This document shows, piece after piece, positions 11,969-25,533 of a DNA stretch of 64,000 bases; the first letter of the stretch is position 1; each line of letters opens with the position of its first letter. The notes beneath the pieces are model-generated. The model ran no database searches. It had not been told where the DNA came from and saw nothing but the letters and a program-made list of their open reading frames with translations. Both the position numbers and the translations under genes were made by a program. The stretch is from positions 124,001-188,000 of the forward strand of contig CAXKVF010000074.1 in the NCBI GenBank assembly GCA_964057225.1, written 5' to 3'. Source of the stretch: Auanema rhodensis. Lineage: Eukaryota > Animalia > Nematoda.

Positions 11969-13376
11969 TGTAACTCGCTTCACGTGAAAGAAAAAGAGAT
12001 GCGGTTTTCAAAATTAGATTCCCCATGTCCATATTAGTCTAAAAACAAATTTTTATTGATATTGGTTCATGGTAACCATGACTTTGAAATTTATGTGAAC
12101 TTTAATTTATGCTAATTAAATGTACACGTGATGTGCACTTGGTATGTAACTCGCTTCACGTGAAAGAAAAAGAGATGCGGTTTTCAAAATTAGATTCCCC
12201 ATGTCCATATTAGTCTAAAAACAAATTTTTATTGATATTGGTTCATGGTAACCATGACTTTGAAATTTACGTGAACTTTAATTTATGCTAATTAAATGTA
12301 CACGTGATGTGCACTTGGTATGTAACTCGCTTCACGTGAAAGATAAAGAGATGCGGTTTTCAAAATTAGATTCCCCATGTCCATATTAGTCTAAAAACAA
12401 ATTTTTATTGATATTGGTGCATGGTAACCATGACTTTGAAATTTACGTGAACTTTAATTTATGCTAATTAAATGTACACGTGATGTGCACTTGGTATGTA
12501 ACTCGCTTCACGTGAAAGATAAAGAGATGCGGTTTTCAAAATTAGATTCCCCATGTCCATATTAGTCTAAAAACAAATTTTTATTGATATTAGTTCATGG
12601 TAACCATGACTTTGAAATTTACGTGAACTTTAATTTATGCTAATTAAATGTACACGTGATGTGCACTTGGTATGTAACTCGCTTCACGTGAAAGATAAAG
12701 AGATGCGGTTTTCAAAATTAGATTCCCCATGTCCATATTAGTCTAAAAACAAATTTTTATTGATATTGGTTCATGGTAACCATGACTTTGAAATTTACGT
12801 GAACTTTAATTTATGCTAATTAAATGTACACGTGATGTGCACTTGGTATGTAACTCGCTTCACGTGAAAGATAAAGAGATGCGGTTTTCAAAATTAGATT
12901 CCCCATGTCCATATTAGTCTAAAAACAAATTTTTATTGATATTGGTTCATGGTAACCATGACTTTGAAATTTACGTGAACTTTAATTTATGCTAATTAAA
13001 TGTACACGTGATGTGCACTTGGTATGTAACTCGCTTCACGTAAAAGAAAAAGAGATGCGGTTTTCAAAATTAGATTCCCCATGTCCATATTAGTCTAAAA
13101 ACAAATTTTTATTGATATTGGTTCATGGTAACCATGACTTTGAAATTTACGTGAACTTTAATTTATGCTAATTAAATGTACACGTGATGTGCACTTGGTA
13201 TGTAACTCGCTTCACGTGAAAGATAAAGAGATGCGGTTTTCAAAATTAGATTCCCCATGTCCATATTAGTCTAAAAACAAATTTTTATTGATATTGGTTC
13301 ATGGTAACCATGACTTTGAAATTTACGTGAACTTTAATTTATGCTAATTAAATGTACACGTGATGTGCACTTGGTA

Positions 13377-16300
13377 TGTAACTCGCTTCACGTGAAAGAA
13401 AAAGAGATGCGGTTTTCAAAATTAGATTCCCCATGTCCATATTAGTCTAAAAACAAATTTTTATTGATATTGGTGCATGGTAACCATGACTTTGAAATTT
13501 ACGTGAACTTTAATTTATGCTAATTAAATGTACACGTGATGTGCACTTGGTATGTAACTCGCTTCACGTGAAAGATGAAGAGATGCGGTTTTCAAAATTA
13601 GATTCCCCATGTCCATATTAGTCTAAAAACAAATTTTTATTGATATTGGTTCATGGTAACCATGACTTTGAAATTTACGTGAACTTTAATTTATGCTAAT
13701 TAAATATACACGTGATGTGCACTTGGTATGTAACTCGCTTCACGTGAAAGATAAAGAGATGCGGTTTTCAAAATTAGAATCCCCATGTCCATATTAGTCT
13801 AAAAACAAATTTTTATTGATATTGCTTCATGGTAACCATGACTTTGAAATTTACGTGAACTTTAATTTATGCTTATTTAATTGTACACGTGATGTGCACT
13901 TGGTATTTAACTCGCTTCAGGTGAAAGATAAAGAGATGCGGTTTTCAAAATTAGATTCCCCATGTCCATATTAGTCTAAAAACAAATTTTTATTGATATT
14001 GGTTCATGGTAACCATGACTTTGAAATTTACGTGAACTTTAATTTATGCTAATTAAATGTACACGTGATGTGCACTTGGTATGTAACTTGCTTCACGTGA
14101 AAGATAAAGAGATGCGGTTTTCAAAATTAGATTCCCCATGTCCATATTAGTCTAAAAACAAATTTTTATTGATATTGGTTCATGGTAACCATGACTTTGA
14201 ATTTTACGTGAACTTTAATTTATGCTAATTAAATGTACACGTGATGTGCACTTGGTATGTAACTCGCTTCACGTAAAAGATAAAGAGATGCGGTTTTCAA
14301 AATTAGATTCCCCATGTCCATATTAGTCTAAAAACAAATTTTTATTGATATTGCTTCATGGTAACCATGACTTTGAAATTTACGTGAACTTTAATTTATG
14401 CTAATTAAATGTACACGTGATGTGCACTTGGTATGTAACTCGCTTCACGTGAAAGATAAAGAGATGCGGTTTTCAAAATTAGATTCCCCATGTCCATATT
14501 AGTCTAAAAACAAATTTTTATTGATATTGGTGCATGGTAACCATGACTTTGAAATTTACGTGAACTTTAATTTATGCTAATTAAATGTACACGTGATGTG
14601 CACTTGGTATGTAACTCGCTTCACGTGAAAGAAAAAGAGATGCGGTTTTCAAAATTAGATTCCCCATGTCCATATTAGTCTAAAAACAAATTTTTATTGA
14701 TATTGGTGCATGGTAACCATGACTTTGAAATTTACGTGAACTTTAATTTATGCTAATTAAATGTACACGTGATGTGCACTTGGTATGTAACTCGCTTCAC
14801 GTGAAAGATGAAGAGATGCGGTTTTCAAAATTAGATTCCCCATGTCCATATTAGTCTAAAAACAAATTTTTATTGATATTGGTTCATGGTAACCATGACT
14901 TTGAAATTTACGTGAACTTTAATTTATGCTAATTAAATGTACACGTGATGTGCACTTGGTATGTAACTCGCTTCACGTGAAAGATAAAGAGATGCGGTTT
15001 TCAAAATTAGAATCCCCATGTCCATATTAGTCTAAAAACAAATTTTTATTGATATTGCTTCATGGTAACCATGACTTTGAAATTTACGTGAACTTTAATT
15101 TATGCTTATTTAATTGTACACGTGATGTGCACTTGGTATGTAACTCGCTTCACGTGAAAGATAAAGAAATGCGGTTTTCAAAATTAGATTCCCCATGTCC
15201 ATATTAGTCTAAAAACAAATTTTTATTGATATTGGTTCATGGTAACCATGACTTTGAAATTTACGTGAACTTTAATTTATGCTAATTAAATGTACACGTG
15301 ATGTGCACTTGGTATGTAACTTGCTTCACGTGAAAGATAAAGAGATGCGGTTTTCAAAATTAGATTCCCCATGTCCATATTAGTCTAAAAACAAATTTTT
15401 ATTGATATTGGTTCATGGTAACCATGACTTTGAATTTTACGTGAACTTTAATTTATGCTAATTAAATGTACACGTGATGTGCACTTGGTATGTAACTCGC
15501 TTCACGTAAAAGATAAAGAGATGCGGTTTTCAAAATTAGATTCCCCATGTCCATATTAGTCTAAAAACAAATTTTTATTGATATTGCTTCATGGTAACCA
15601 TGACTTTGAAATTTACGTGAACTTTAATTTATGCTAATTAAATGTACACGTGATGTGCACTTGGTATGTAACTCGCTTCACGTGAAAGATAAAGAGATGC
15701 GGTTTTCAAAATTAGATTCCCCATGTCCATATTAGTCTAAAAACAAATTTTTATTGATATTGGTTCATGGTAACCATGACTTTGAAATTTACGTGAACTT
15801 TAATTTATGCTAATTAAATGTACACGTGATGTGCACTTGGTATGTAACTCGCTTCACGTGAAAGATAAAGAGATGCGGTTTTCAAAATTAGATTCCCCAT
15901 GTCCATATTAGTCTAAAAACAAATTTTTATTGATATTGGTGCATGGTAACCATGACTTTGAAATTTACGTGAACTTTAATTTATGCTAATTAAATGTACA
16001 CGTGATGTGCACTTGGTATGTAACTCGCTTCACGTGAAAGATGAAGAGATGCGGTTTTCAAAATTAGATTCCCCATGTCCATATTAGTCTAAAAACAAAT
16101 TTTTATTGATATTGGTTCATGGTAACCATGACTTTGAAATTTACGTGAACTTTAATTTATGCTAATTAAATGTACACGTGATGTGCACTTGGTATGTAAC
16201 TCGCTTCACGTGAAAGATAAAGAGATGCGGTTTTCAAAATTAGAATCCCCATGTCCATATTAGTCTAAAAACAAATTTTTATTGATATTGCTTCATGGTA

Positions 16301-16547
16301 ACCATGACTTTGAAATTTACGTGAACTTTAATTTATGCTTATTTAATTGTACACGTGATGTGCACTTGGTATTTAACTCGCTTCAGGTGAAAGATAAAGA
16401 GATGCGGTTTTCAAAATTAGATTCCCCATGTCCATATTAGTCTAAAAACAAATTTTTATTGATATTGCTTCATGGTAACCATGACTTTGAATTTTACGTG
16501 AACTTTAATTTATGCTAATTAAATGTACACGTGATGTGCACTTGGTA
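13377..16547 (+). repeat. Local 7-monomer (1233 bp) higher-order repeat, ~2.6 copies, each containing one 177-bp monomer
   Basis: The cttatttaattg +1 variant starts at 13872, 15105 and 16338 (spacing 1233 = 7x176+1), each time with T51A and G97C. C8T/A121T followed by G18A/G97C recurs in register in the first two copies. Confidence 0.88.
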
Positions 16548-17628
16548 TGTAACTCGCTTCACGTGAAAGATAAAGAAATGCGGTTTTCAAAATTAGATTC
16601 CCCATGTCCATATTAGTCTAAAAACAAATTTTTATTGATATTGGTTCATGGTAACCATGACTTTGAAATTTACATGAACTTTAATTTATGCTAATTAAAT
16701 GTACACGTGATGTGCACTTGGTATGTAACTCGCTTCACGTGAAAGATAAAGAGATGCGGTTTTCAAAATTAGATTCCCCATGTCCATATTAGTCTAAAAA
16801 CAAATTTTTATTGATATTGGTGCATGGTAACCATGACTTTGAAATTTACGTGAACTTTAATTTATGCTAATTAAATGTACACGTGATGTGCACTTGGTAT
16901 GTAACTCGCTTCACGTGAAAGATGAAGAGATGCGGTTTTCAAAATTAGATTCCCCATGTCCATATTAGTCTAAAAACAAATTTTTATTGATATTGCTTCA
17001 TGGTAACCATGACTTTGAAATTTACGTGAACTTTAATTTATGCTAATTAAATGTACACGTGATGTGCACTTGGTATGTAACTCGCTTCACGTGAAAGATA
17101 AAGAGATGCGGTTTTCAAAATTAGATTCCCCATGTCCATATTAGTCTAAAAACAAATTTTTATTGATATTGGTTCATGGTAACCATGACTTTGAAATTTA
17201 CGTGAACTTTAATTTATGCTAATTAAATGTACACGTGATGTGCACTTGGTATGTAACTCGCTTCACGTGAAAGATGAAGAGATGCGGTTTTCAAAATTAG
17301 ATTCCCCATGTCCATATTAGTCTAAAAACAAATTTTTATTGATATTGGTTCATGGTAACCATGACTTTGAAATTTACGTGAACTTTAATTTATGCTAATT
17401 AAATGTACACGTGATGTGCACTTGGTATGTAACTCGCTTCACGTGAAAGATAAAGAGATGCGGTTTTCAAAATTAGGTTCCCCCTGTCCATATTAGTCTA
17501 AAAACAAATTTTTATTGATATTGCTTCATGGTAACCATGACTTTGAAATTTACGTGAACTTTAATTTATGCTAATTAAATGTACACGTGATGTGCACTTG
17601 GTATGTAACTCGCTTCACGTGAAAGATG

Positions 17629-20600
17629 AAGAGATGCGGTTTTCAAAATTAGATTCCCCATGTCCATATTAGTCTAAAAACAAATTTTTATTGATATTGG
17701 TTCATGGTAACCATGACTTTGAAATTTACGTGAACTTTAATTTATGCTAATTAAATGTACACGTGATGTGCACTTGGTATGTAACTCGCTTCACGTGAAA
17801 GATAAAGAGATGCGGTTTTCAAAATTAGATTCCCCCTGTCCATATTAGTCTAAAAACAAATTTTTATTGATATTGCTTCATGGTAACCATGACTTTGAAA
17901 TTTACGTGAACTTTAATTTATGCTAATTAAATGTACACGTGATGTGCACTTGGTATGTAACTCGCTTCACGTGAAAGATAAAGAGATGCGGTTTTCAAAA
18001 TTAGATTCCCCATGTCCATATTAGTCTAAAAACAAATTTTTATTGATATTGCTTCATGGTAACCATGACTTTGAAATTTACGTGAACTTTAATTTATGCT
18101 AATTAAATGTACACGTGATGTGCACTTGGTATGTAACTCGCTTCACGTGAAAGATAAAGAGATGCGGTTTTCAAAATTAGATTCCCCATGTCCATATTAG
18201 TCTAAAAACAAATTTTTATTGATATTGGTGCATGGTAACCATGACTTTGAAATTTACGTGAACTTTAATTTATGCTAATTAAATGTACACGTGATGTGCA
18301 CTTGGTATGTAACTCGCTTCACGTGAAAGATAAAGAGATGCGGTTTTCAAAATTAGATTCCCCATGTCCATATTAGTCTAAAAACAAATTTTTATTGATA
18401 TTGGTTCATGGTAACCATGACTTTGAAATTTACGTGAACTTTAATTTATGCTAATTAAATGTACACGTGATGTGCACTTGGTATGTAACTCGCTTCACGT
18501 GAAAGATAAAGAGATGCGGTTTTCAAAATTAGATTCCCCATGTCCATATTAGTCTAAAAACAAATTTTTATTGATATTGGTTCATGGTAACCATGACTTT
18601 GAAATTTACGTGAACTTTAATTTATGCTAATTAAATGTACACGTGATGTGCACTTGGTATGTAACTCGCTTCACGTGAAAGATAAAGAGATGCGGTTTTC
18701 AAAATTAGATTCCCCATGTCCATATTAGTCTAAAAACAAATTTTTATTGATATTAGTTCATGGTAACCATGACTTTGAAATTTACGTGAACTTTAATTTA
18801 TGCTAATTAAATGTACACGTGATGTGCACTTGGTATGTAACTCGCTTCACGTGAAAGATAAAGAGATGCGGTTTTCAAAATTAGATTCCCCATGTCCATA
18901 TTAGTCTAAAAACAAATTTTTATTGATATTGGTTCATGGTAACCATGACTTTGAAATTTACGTGAACTTTAATTTATGCTAATTAAATGTACACGTGATG
19001 TGCACTTGGTATGTAACTCGCTTCACGTGAAAGATAAAGAGATGCGGTTTTCAAAATTAGATTCCCCATGTCCATATTAGTCTAAAAACAAATTTTTATT
19101 GATATTAGTTCATGGTAACCATGACTTTGAAATTTACGTGAACTTTAATTTATGCTAATTAAATGTACACGTGATGTGCACTTGGTATGTAACTCGCTTC
19201 ACGTGAAAGATAAAGAGATGCGGTTTTCAAAATTAGATTCCCCATGTCCATATTAGTCTAAAAACAAATTTTTATTGATATTGGTTCATGGTAACCATGA
19301 CTTTGAAATTTACGTGAACTTTAATTTATGCTAATTAAATGTACACGTGATGTGCACTTGGTATGTAACTCGCTTCACGTGAAAGATAAAGAGATGCGGT
19401 TTTCAAAATTAGATTCCCCATGTCCATATTAGTCTAAAAACAAATTTTTATTGATATTGGTTCATGGTAACCATGACTTTGAAATTTACGTGAACTTTAA
19501 TTTATGCTAATTAAATGTACACGTGATGTGCACTTGGTATGTAACTCGCTTCACGTGAAAGATAAAGAGATGCGGTTTTCAAAATTAGATTCCCCCTGTC
19601 CATATTAGTCTAAAAACAAATTTTTATTGATATTGCTTCATGGTAACCATGACTTTGAAATTTACGTGAACTTTAATTTATGCTAATTAAATGTACACGT
19701 GATGTGCACTTGGTATGTAACTCGCTTCACGTGAAAGATAAAGAGATGCGGTTTTCAAAATTAGATTCCCCATGTCCATATTAGTCTAAAAACAAATTTT
19801 TATTGATATTGCTTCATGGTAACCATGACTTTGAAATTTACGTGAACTTTAATTTATGCTAATTAAATGTACACGTGATGTGCACTTGGTATGTAACTCG
19901 CTTCACGTGAAAGATAAAGAGATGCGGTTTTCAAAATTAGATTCCCCATGTCCATATTAGTCTAAAAACAAATTTTTATTGATATTGGTGCATGGTAACC
20001 ATGACTTTGAAATTTACGTGAACTTTAATTTATGCTAATTAAATGTACACGTGATGTGCACTTGGTATGTAACTCGCTTCACGTGAAAGATAAAGAGATG
20101 CGGTTTTCAAAATTAGATTCCCCATGTCCATATTAGTCTAAAAACAAATTTTTATTGATATTGGTTCATGGTAACCATGACTTTGAAATTTACGTGAACT
20201 TTAATTTATGCTAATTAAATGTACACGTGATGTGCACTTGGTATGTAACTCGCTTCACGTGAAAGATAAAGAGATGCGGTTTTCAAAATTAGATTCCCCA
20301 TGTCCATATTAGTCTAAAAACAAATTTTTATTGATATTGGTTCATGGTAACCATGACTTTGAAATTTACGTGAACTTTAATTTATGCTAATTAAATGTAC
20401 ACGTGATGTGCACTTGGTATGTAACTCGCTTCACGTGAAAGATAAAGAGATGCGGTTTTCAAAATTAGATTCCCCATGTCCATATTAGTCTAAAAACAAA
20501 TTTTTATTGATATTAGTTCATGGTAACCATGACTTTGAAATTTACGTGAACTTTAATTTATGCTAATTAAATGTACACGTGATGTGCACTTGGTATGTAA

Positions 20601-21322
20601 CTCGCTTCACGTGAAAGATAAAGAGATGCGGTTTTCAAAATTAGATTCCCCATGTCCATATTAGTCTAAAAACAAATTTTTATTGATATTGGTTCATGGT
20701 AACCATGACTTTGAAATTTACGTGAACTTTAATTTATGCTAATTAAATGTACACGTGATGTGCACTTGGTATGTAACTCGCTTCACGTGAAAGATAAAGA
20801 GATGCGGTTTTCAAAATTAGATTCCCCATGTCCATATTAGTCTAAAAACAAATTTTTATTGATATTAGTTCATGGTAACCATGACTTTGAAATTTACGTG
20901 AACTTTAATTTATGCTAATTAAATGTACACGTGATGTGCACTTGGTATGTAACTCGCTTCACGTGAAAGATAAAGAGATGCGGTTTTCAAAATTAGATTC
21001 CCCATGTCCATATTAGTCTAAAAACAAATTTTTATTGATATTGGTTCATGGTAACCATGACTTTGAAATTTACGTGAACTTTAATTTATGCTAATTAAAT
21101 GTACACGTGATGTGCACTTGGTATGTAACTCGCTTCACGTGAAAGATAAAGAGATGCGGTTTTCAAAATTAGATTCCCCATGTCCATATTAGTCTAAAAA
21201 CAAATTTTTATTGATATTGGTTCATGGTAACCATGACTTTGAAATTTACGTGAACTTTAATTTATGCTAATTAAATGTACACGTGATGTGCACTTGGTAT
21301 GTAACTCGCTTCACGTGAAAGA
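17629..21322 (+). repeat. Tandem duplication of a 10-monomer unit (1760 bp)
   Basis: A57C+G97C at 17836 and 19596. The following order (G97C, G99, T99, T99, G96A, T99, G96A, T99, T99) is the same in both copies. Confidence 0.85.
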
Positions 21323-24300
21323 AAAAGAGATGCGGTTTTCAAAATTAGATTCCCCATGTCCATATTAGTCTAAAAACAAATTTTTATTGATATTGGTGCA
21401 TGGTAACCATGACTTTGAAATTTACGTGAACTTTAATTTATGCTAATTAAATGTACACGTGATGTGCACTTGGTATGTAACTCGCTTCACGTGAAAGATA
21501 AAGAGATGCGGTTTTCAAAATTAGATTCCTCATGTCCATATTAGTCTAAAAACAAATTTTTATTGATATTGGTTCATGGTAACCATGACTTTGAAATTTA
21601 CGTGAACTTTAATTTATGCTAATTAAATGTACACGTGATGTGCACTTGGTATGTAACTCGCTTCACGTGAAAGATAAAGAGATGCGGTTTTCAAAATTAG
21701 ATTCCCCATGTCCATATTAGTCTAAAAACAAATTTTTATTGATATTGGTGCATGGTAACCATGACTTTGAAATTTACGTGAACTTTAATTTATGCTAATT
21801 AAATGTACACGTGATGTGCACTTGGTATGTAACTCGCTTCACGTGAAAGATGAAGAGATGCGGTTTTCAAAATTAGATTCCCCATGTCCATATTAGTCTA
21901 AAAACAAATTTTTATTGATATTGGTTCATGGTAACCATGACTTTGAAATTTACGTGAACTTTAATTTATGCTAATTAAATGTACACGTGATGTGCACTTG
22001 GTATGTAACTCGCTTCACGTGAAAGATAAAGAGATGCGGTTTTCAAAATTAGATTCCAAATGTCCATATTAGTCTAAAAACAAATTTTTATTGATATTGG
22101 TTCATGGTAACCATGACTTTGAAATTTACGTGAACTTTAATTTATGCTAATTAAATGTACACGTGATGTGCACTTGGTATGTAACTCGCTTCACGTGAAA
22201 GATAAAGAGATGCGGTTTTCAAAATTAGATTCCCCCTGTCCATATTAGTCTAAAAACAAATTTTTATTGATATTGCTTCATGGTAACCATGACTTTGAAA
22301 TTTACGTGAACTTTAATTTATGCTAATTAAATGTACACGTGATGTGCACTTGGTATGTAACTCGCTTCACGTGAAAGATAAAGAGATGCGGTTTTCAAAA
22401 TTAGATTCCCCATGTCCATATTAGTCTAAAAACAAATTTTTATTGATATTGGTGCATGGTAACCATGACTTTGAAATTTACGTGAACTTTAATTTATGCT
22501 AATTAAATGTACACGTGATGTGCACTTGGTATGTAACTCGCTTCACGTGAAAGATGAAGAGATGCGGTTTTCAAAATTAGATTCCCCATGTCCATATTAG
22601 TCTAAAAACAAATTTTTATTGATATTGGTTCATGGTAACCATGACTTTGAAATTTACGTGAACTTTAATTTATGCTAATTAAATGTACACGTGATGTGCA
22701 CTTGGTATGTAACTCGCTTCACGTGAAAGATAAAGAGATGCGGTTTTCAAAATTAGATTCCCCATGTCCATATTAGTCTAAAAACAAATTTTTATTGATA
22801 TTGGTGCATGGTAACCATGACTTTGAAATTTACGTGAACTTTAATTTATGCTAATTAAATGTACACGTGATGTGCACTTGGTATGTAACTCGCTTCACGT
22901 GAAAGATAAAGAGATGCGGTTTTCAAAATTAGATTCCCCATGTCCATATTAGTCTAAAAACAAATTTTTATTGATATTGGTTCATGGTAACCATGACTTT
23001 GAAATTTACGTGAACTTTAATTTATGCTAATTAAATGTACACGTGATGTGCACTTGGTATGTAACTCGCTTCACGTGAAAGATAAAGAGATGCGGTTTTC
23101 AAAATTAGATTCCCCATGTCCATATTAGTCTAAAAACAAATTTTTATTGATATTGGTGCATGGTAACCATGACTTTGAAATTTACGTGAACTTTAATTTA
23201 TGCTAATTAAATGTACACGTGATGTGCACTTGGTATGTAACTCGCTTCACGTGAAAGATAAAGAGATGCGGTTTTCAAAATTAGATTCCCCATGTCCATA
23301 TTAGTCTAAAAACAAATTTTTATTGATATTGGTTCATGGTAACCATGACTTTGAAATTTACGTGAACTTTAATTAATGCTAATTAAATGTACACGTGATG
23401 TGCACTTGGTATGTAACTCGCTTCACGTGAAAGATAAAGAGATCCGGTTTTCAAAATTAGATTCATCATGTCCATATTAGTTTAAAAACAAATTTTTATT
23501 GATATTGCTTCATGGTAACCATGACTTTGAAATTTACGTGAACTTTAATTTATGCTAATTAAATGTACACGTGATGTGCACTTGGTATGTAACTCGCTTC
23601 ACGTGAAAGATAAAGAGATGCGGTTTTCAAAATTAGATTTCCCATGTCCATATTAGTCTAAAAACAAATTTTTATTGATATTGGTTCATGGTAACCATAA
23701 CTTTGAATTTTACGTGAACTTTAATTTATGCTAATTAAATGTACACGTGATGTGCACTTGGTATGTAACTCGCTTCACGTGAAAGAAAAAGAGATGCGGT
23801 TTTCAAAATTAGATTCCCCATGTCCATATTAGTCTAAAAACAAATTTTTATTGATATTGGTTCATGGTAACCATGACTTTGAAATTTACGTGAACTTTAA
23901 TTTATGCTAATTAAATGTACACGTGATGTGCACTTGGTATGTAACTCGCTTCACGTGAAAGATAAAGAGATGCGGTTTTCAAAATTAGATTCCCCATGTC
24001 CATATTAGTCTAAAAACAAATTTTTATTGATATTGGTTCATGGTAACCATGACTTTGAAATTTACGTGAACTTTAATTTATGCTAATTAAATGTACACGT
24101 GATGTGCACTTGGTATGTAACTCGCTTCACGTGAAAGATAAAAAGATGCGGTTTTCAAAAATAGATTCCCCATGTCCATATTAGTCTAAAAACAAATTTT
24201 TATTGATATTGGTGCATGGTAACCATGACTTTGAAATTTACGTGAACTTTAATTTATGCTAATTAAATGTACACGTGATGTGCACTTGGTATGTAACTCG

Positions 24301-25533
24301 CTTCTCGTGAAAGATAAAGAGATGCGGTTTTCAAAATTAGATTCCCCATGTCCATATTAGTCTAAAAACAAATTTTTATTGATATTGGTTCATGGTAACC
24401 ATGACTTTGAAATTTACGTGAACTTTAATTTATGCTAATTAAATGTACACGTGATGTGCACTTGGTATGTAACTCGCTTCACGTGAAAGATAAAGAGATG
24501 CGGTTTTCAAAATTAGATTCCCCATGTCCATATTAGTCTAAAAACAAATTTTTATTGATATTGGTGCATGGTAACCATGACTTTGAAATTTACGTGAACT
24601 TTAATTTATGCTAATTAAATGTACACGTGATGTGCACTTGGTATGTAACTCGCTTCACGTGAAAGATGAAGAGATGCGGTTTTCAAAATTAGATTCCCCA
24701 TGTCCATATTAGTCTAAAAACAAATTTTTATTGATATTGGTGCATGGTAACCATGACTTTGAAATTTACGTGAACTTTAATTTATGCTAATTAAATGTAC
24801 ACGTGATGTGCACTTGGTATGCAACTCGCTTCACGTGAAAGATAAAGAGATGCGGTTTTCAAAATTAGATTCCCCATGTCCATATTAGTCTAAAAACAAA
24901 TTTTTATTGATATTAGTTCATGGTAACCATGACTTTGAAATTTACGTGAACTTTAATTTATGCTAATTAAATGTACACGTGATGTGCACTTGGTATGTAA
25001 CTCGCTTCACGTGAAAGATAAAGAGATGCGGTTTTCAAAATTAGATTCCCCATGTCCATATTAGTCTAAAAACAAATTTTTATTGATATTGGTGCATGGT
25101 AACCATGACTTTGAAATTTACGTGAACTTCAATTTATGCTAATTAAATGTACACGTGATGTGCACTTGGTATGTAACTCGCTTCACGTGAAAGATAAAGA
25201 GATGCGGTTTTCAAAATTAGATTCCCCATGTCCATATTAGTCTAAAAACAAATTTTTATTGATATTGGTTCATGGTAACCATGACTTTGAAATTTACGTG
25301 AACTTTAATTAATGCTAATTAAATGTACACGTGATGTGCACTTGGTATGTAACTCGCTTCACGTGAAAGATGAAGAGATGCGGTTTTCAAAATTAGATTC
25401 CCCATGTCCATATTAGTCTAAAAACAAATTTTTATTGATATTGGTTCATGGTAACCATGACTTTGAAATTTACGTGAACTTTAATTTATGCTAATTAAAT
25501 GTACACGTGATGTGCACTTGGTATGTAACTCGT

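Noticed and set aside
13918-13923. Variants switching E-box class (CAGGTG, CACTTG, CACCTG, CATGTG) as functional changes
   Set aside because: Any change at the two central bases keeps CANNTG by definition, and E-box-breaking variants (G18A, A14T) are also common.
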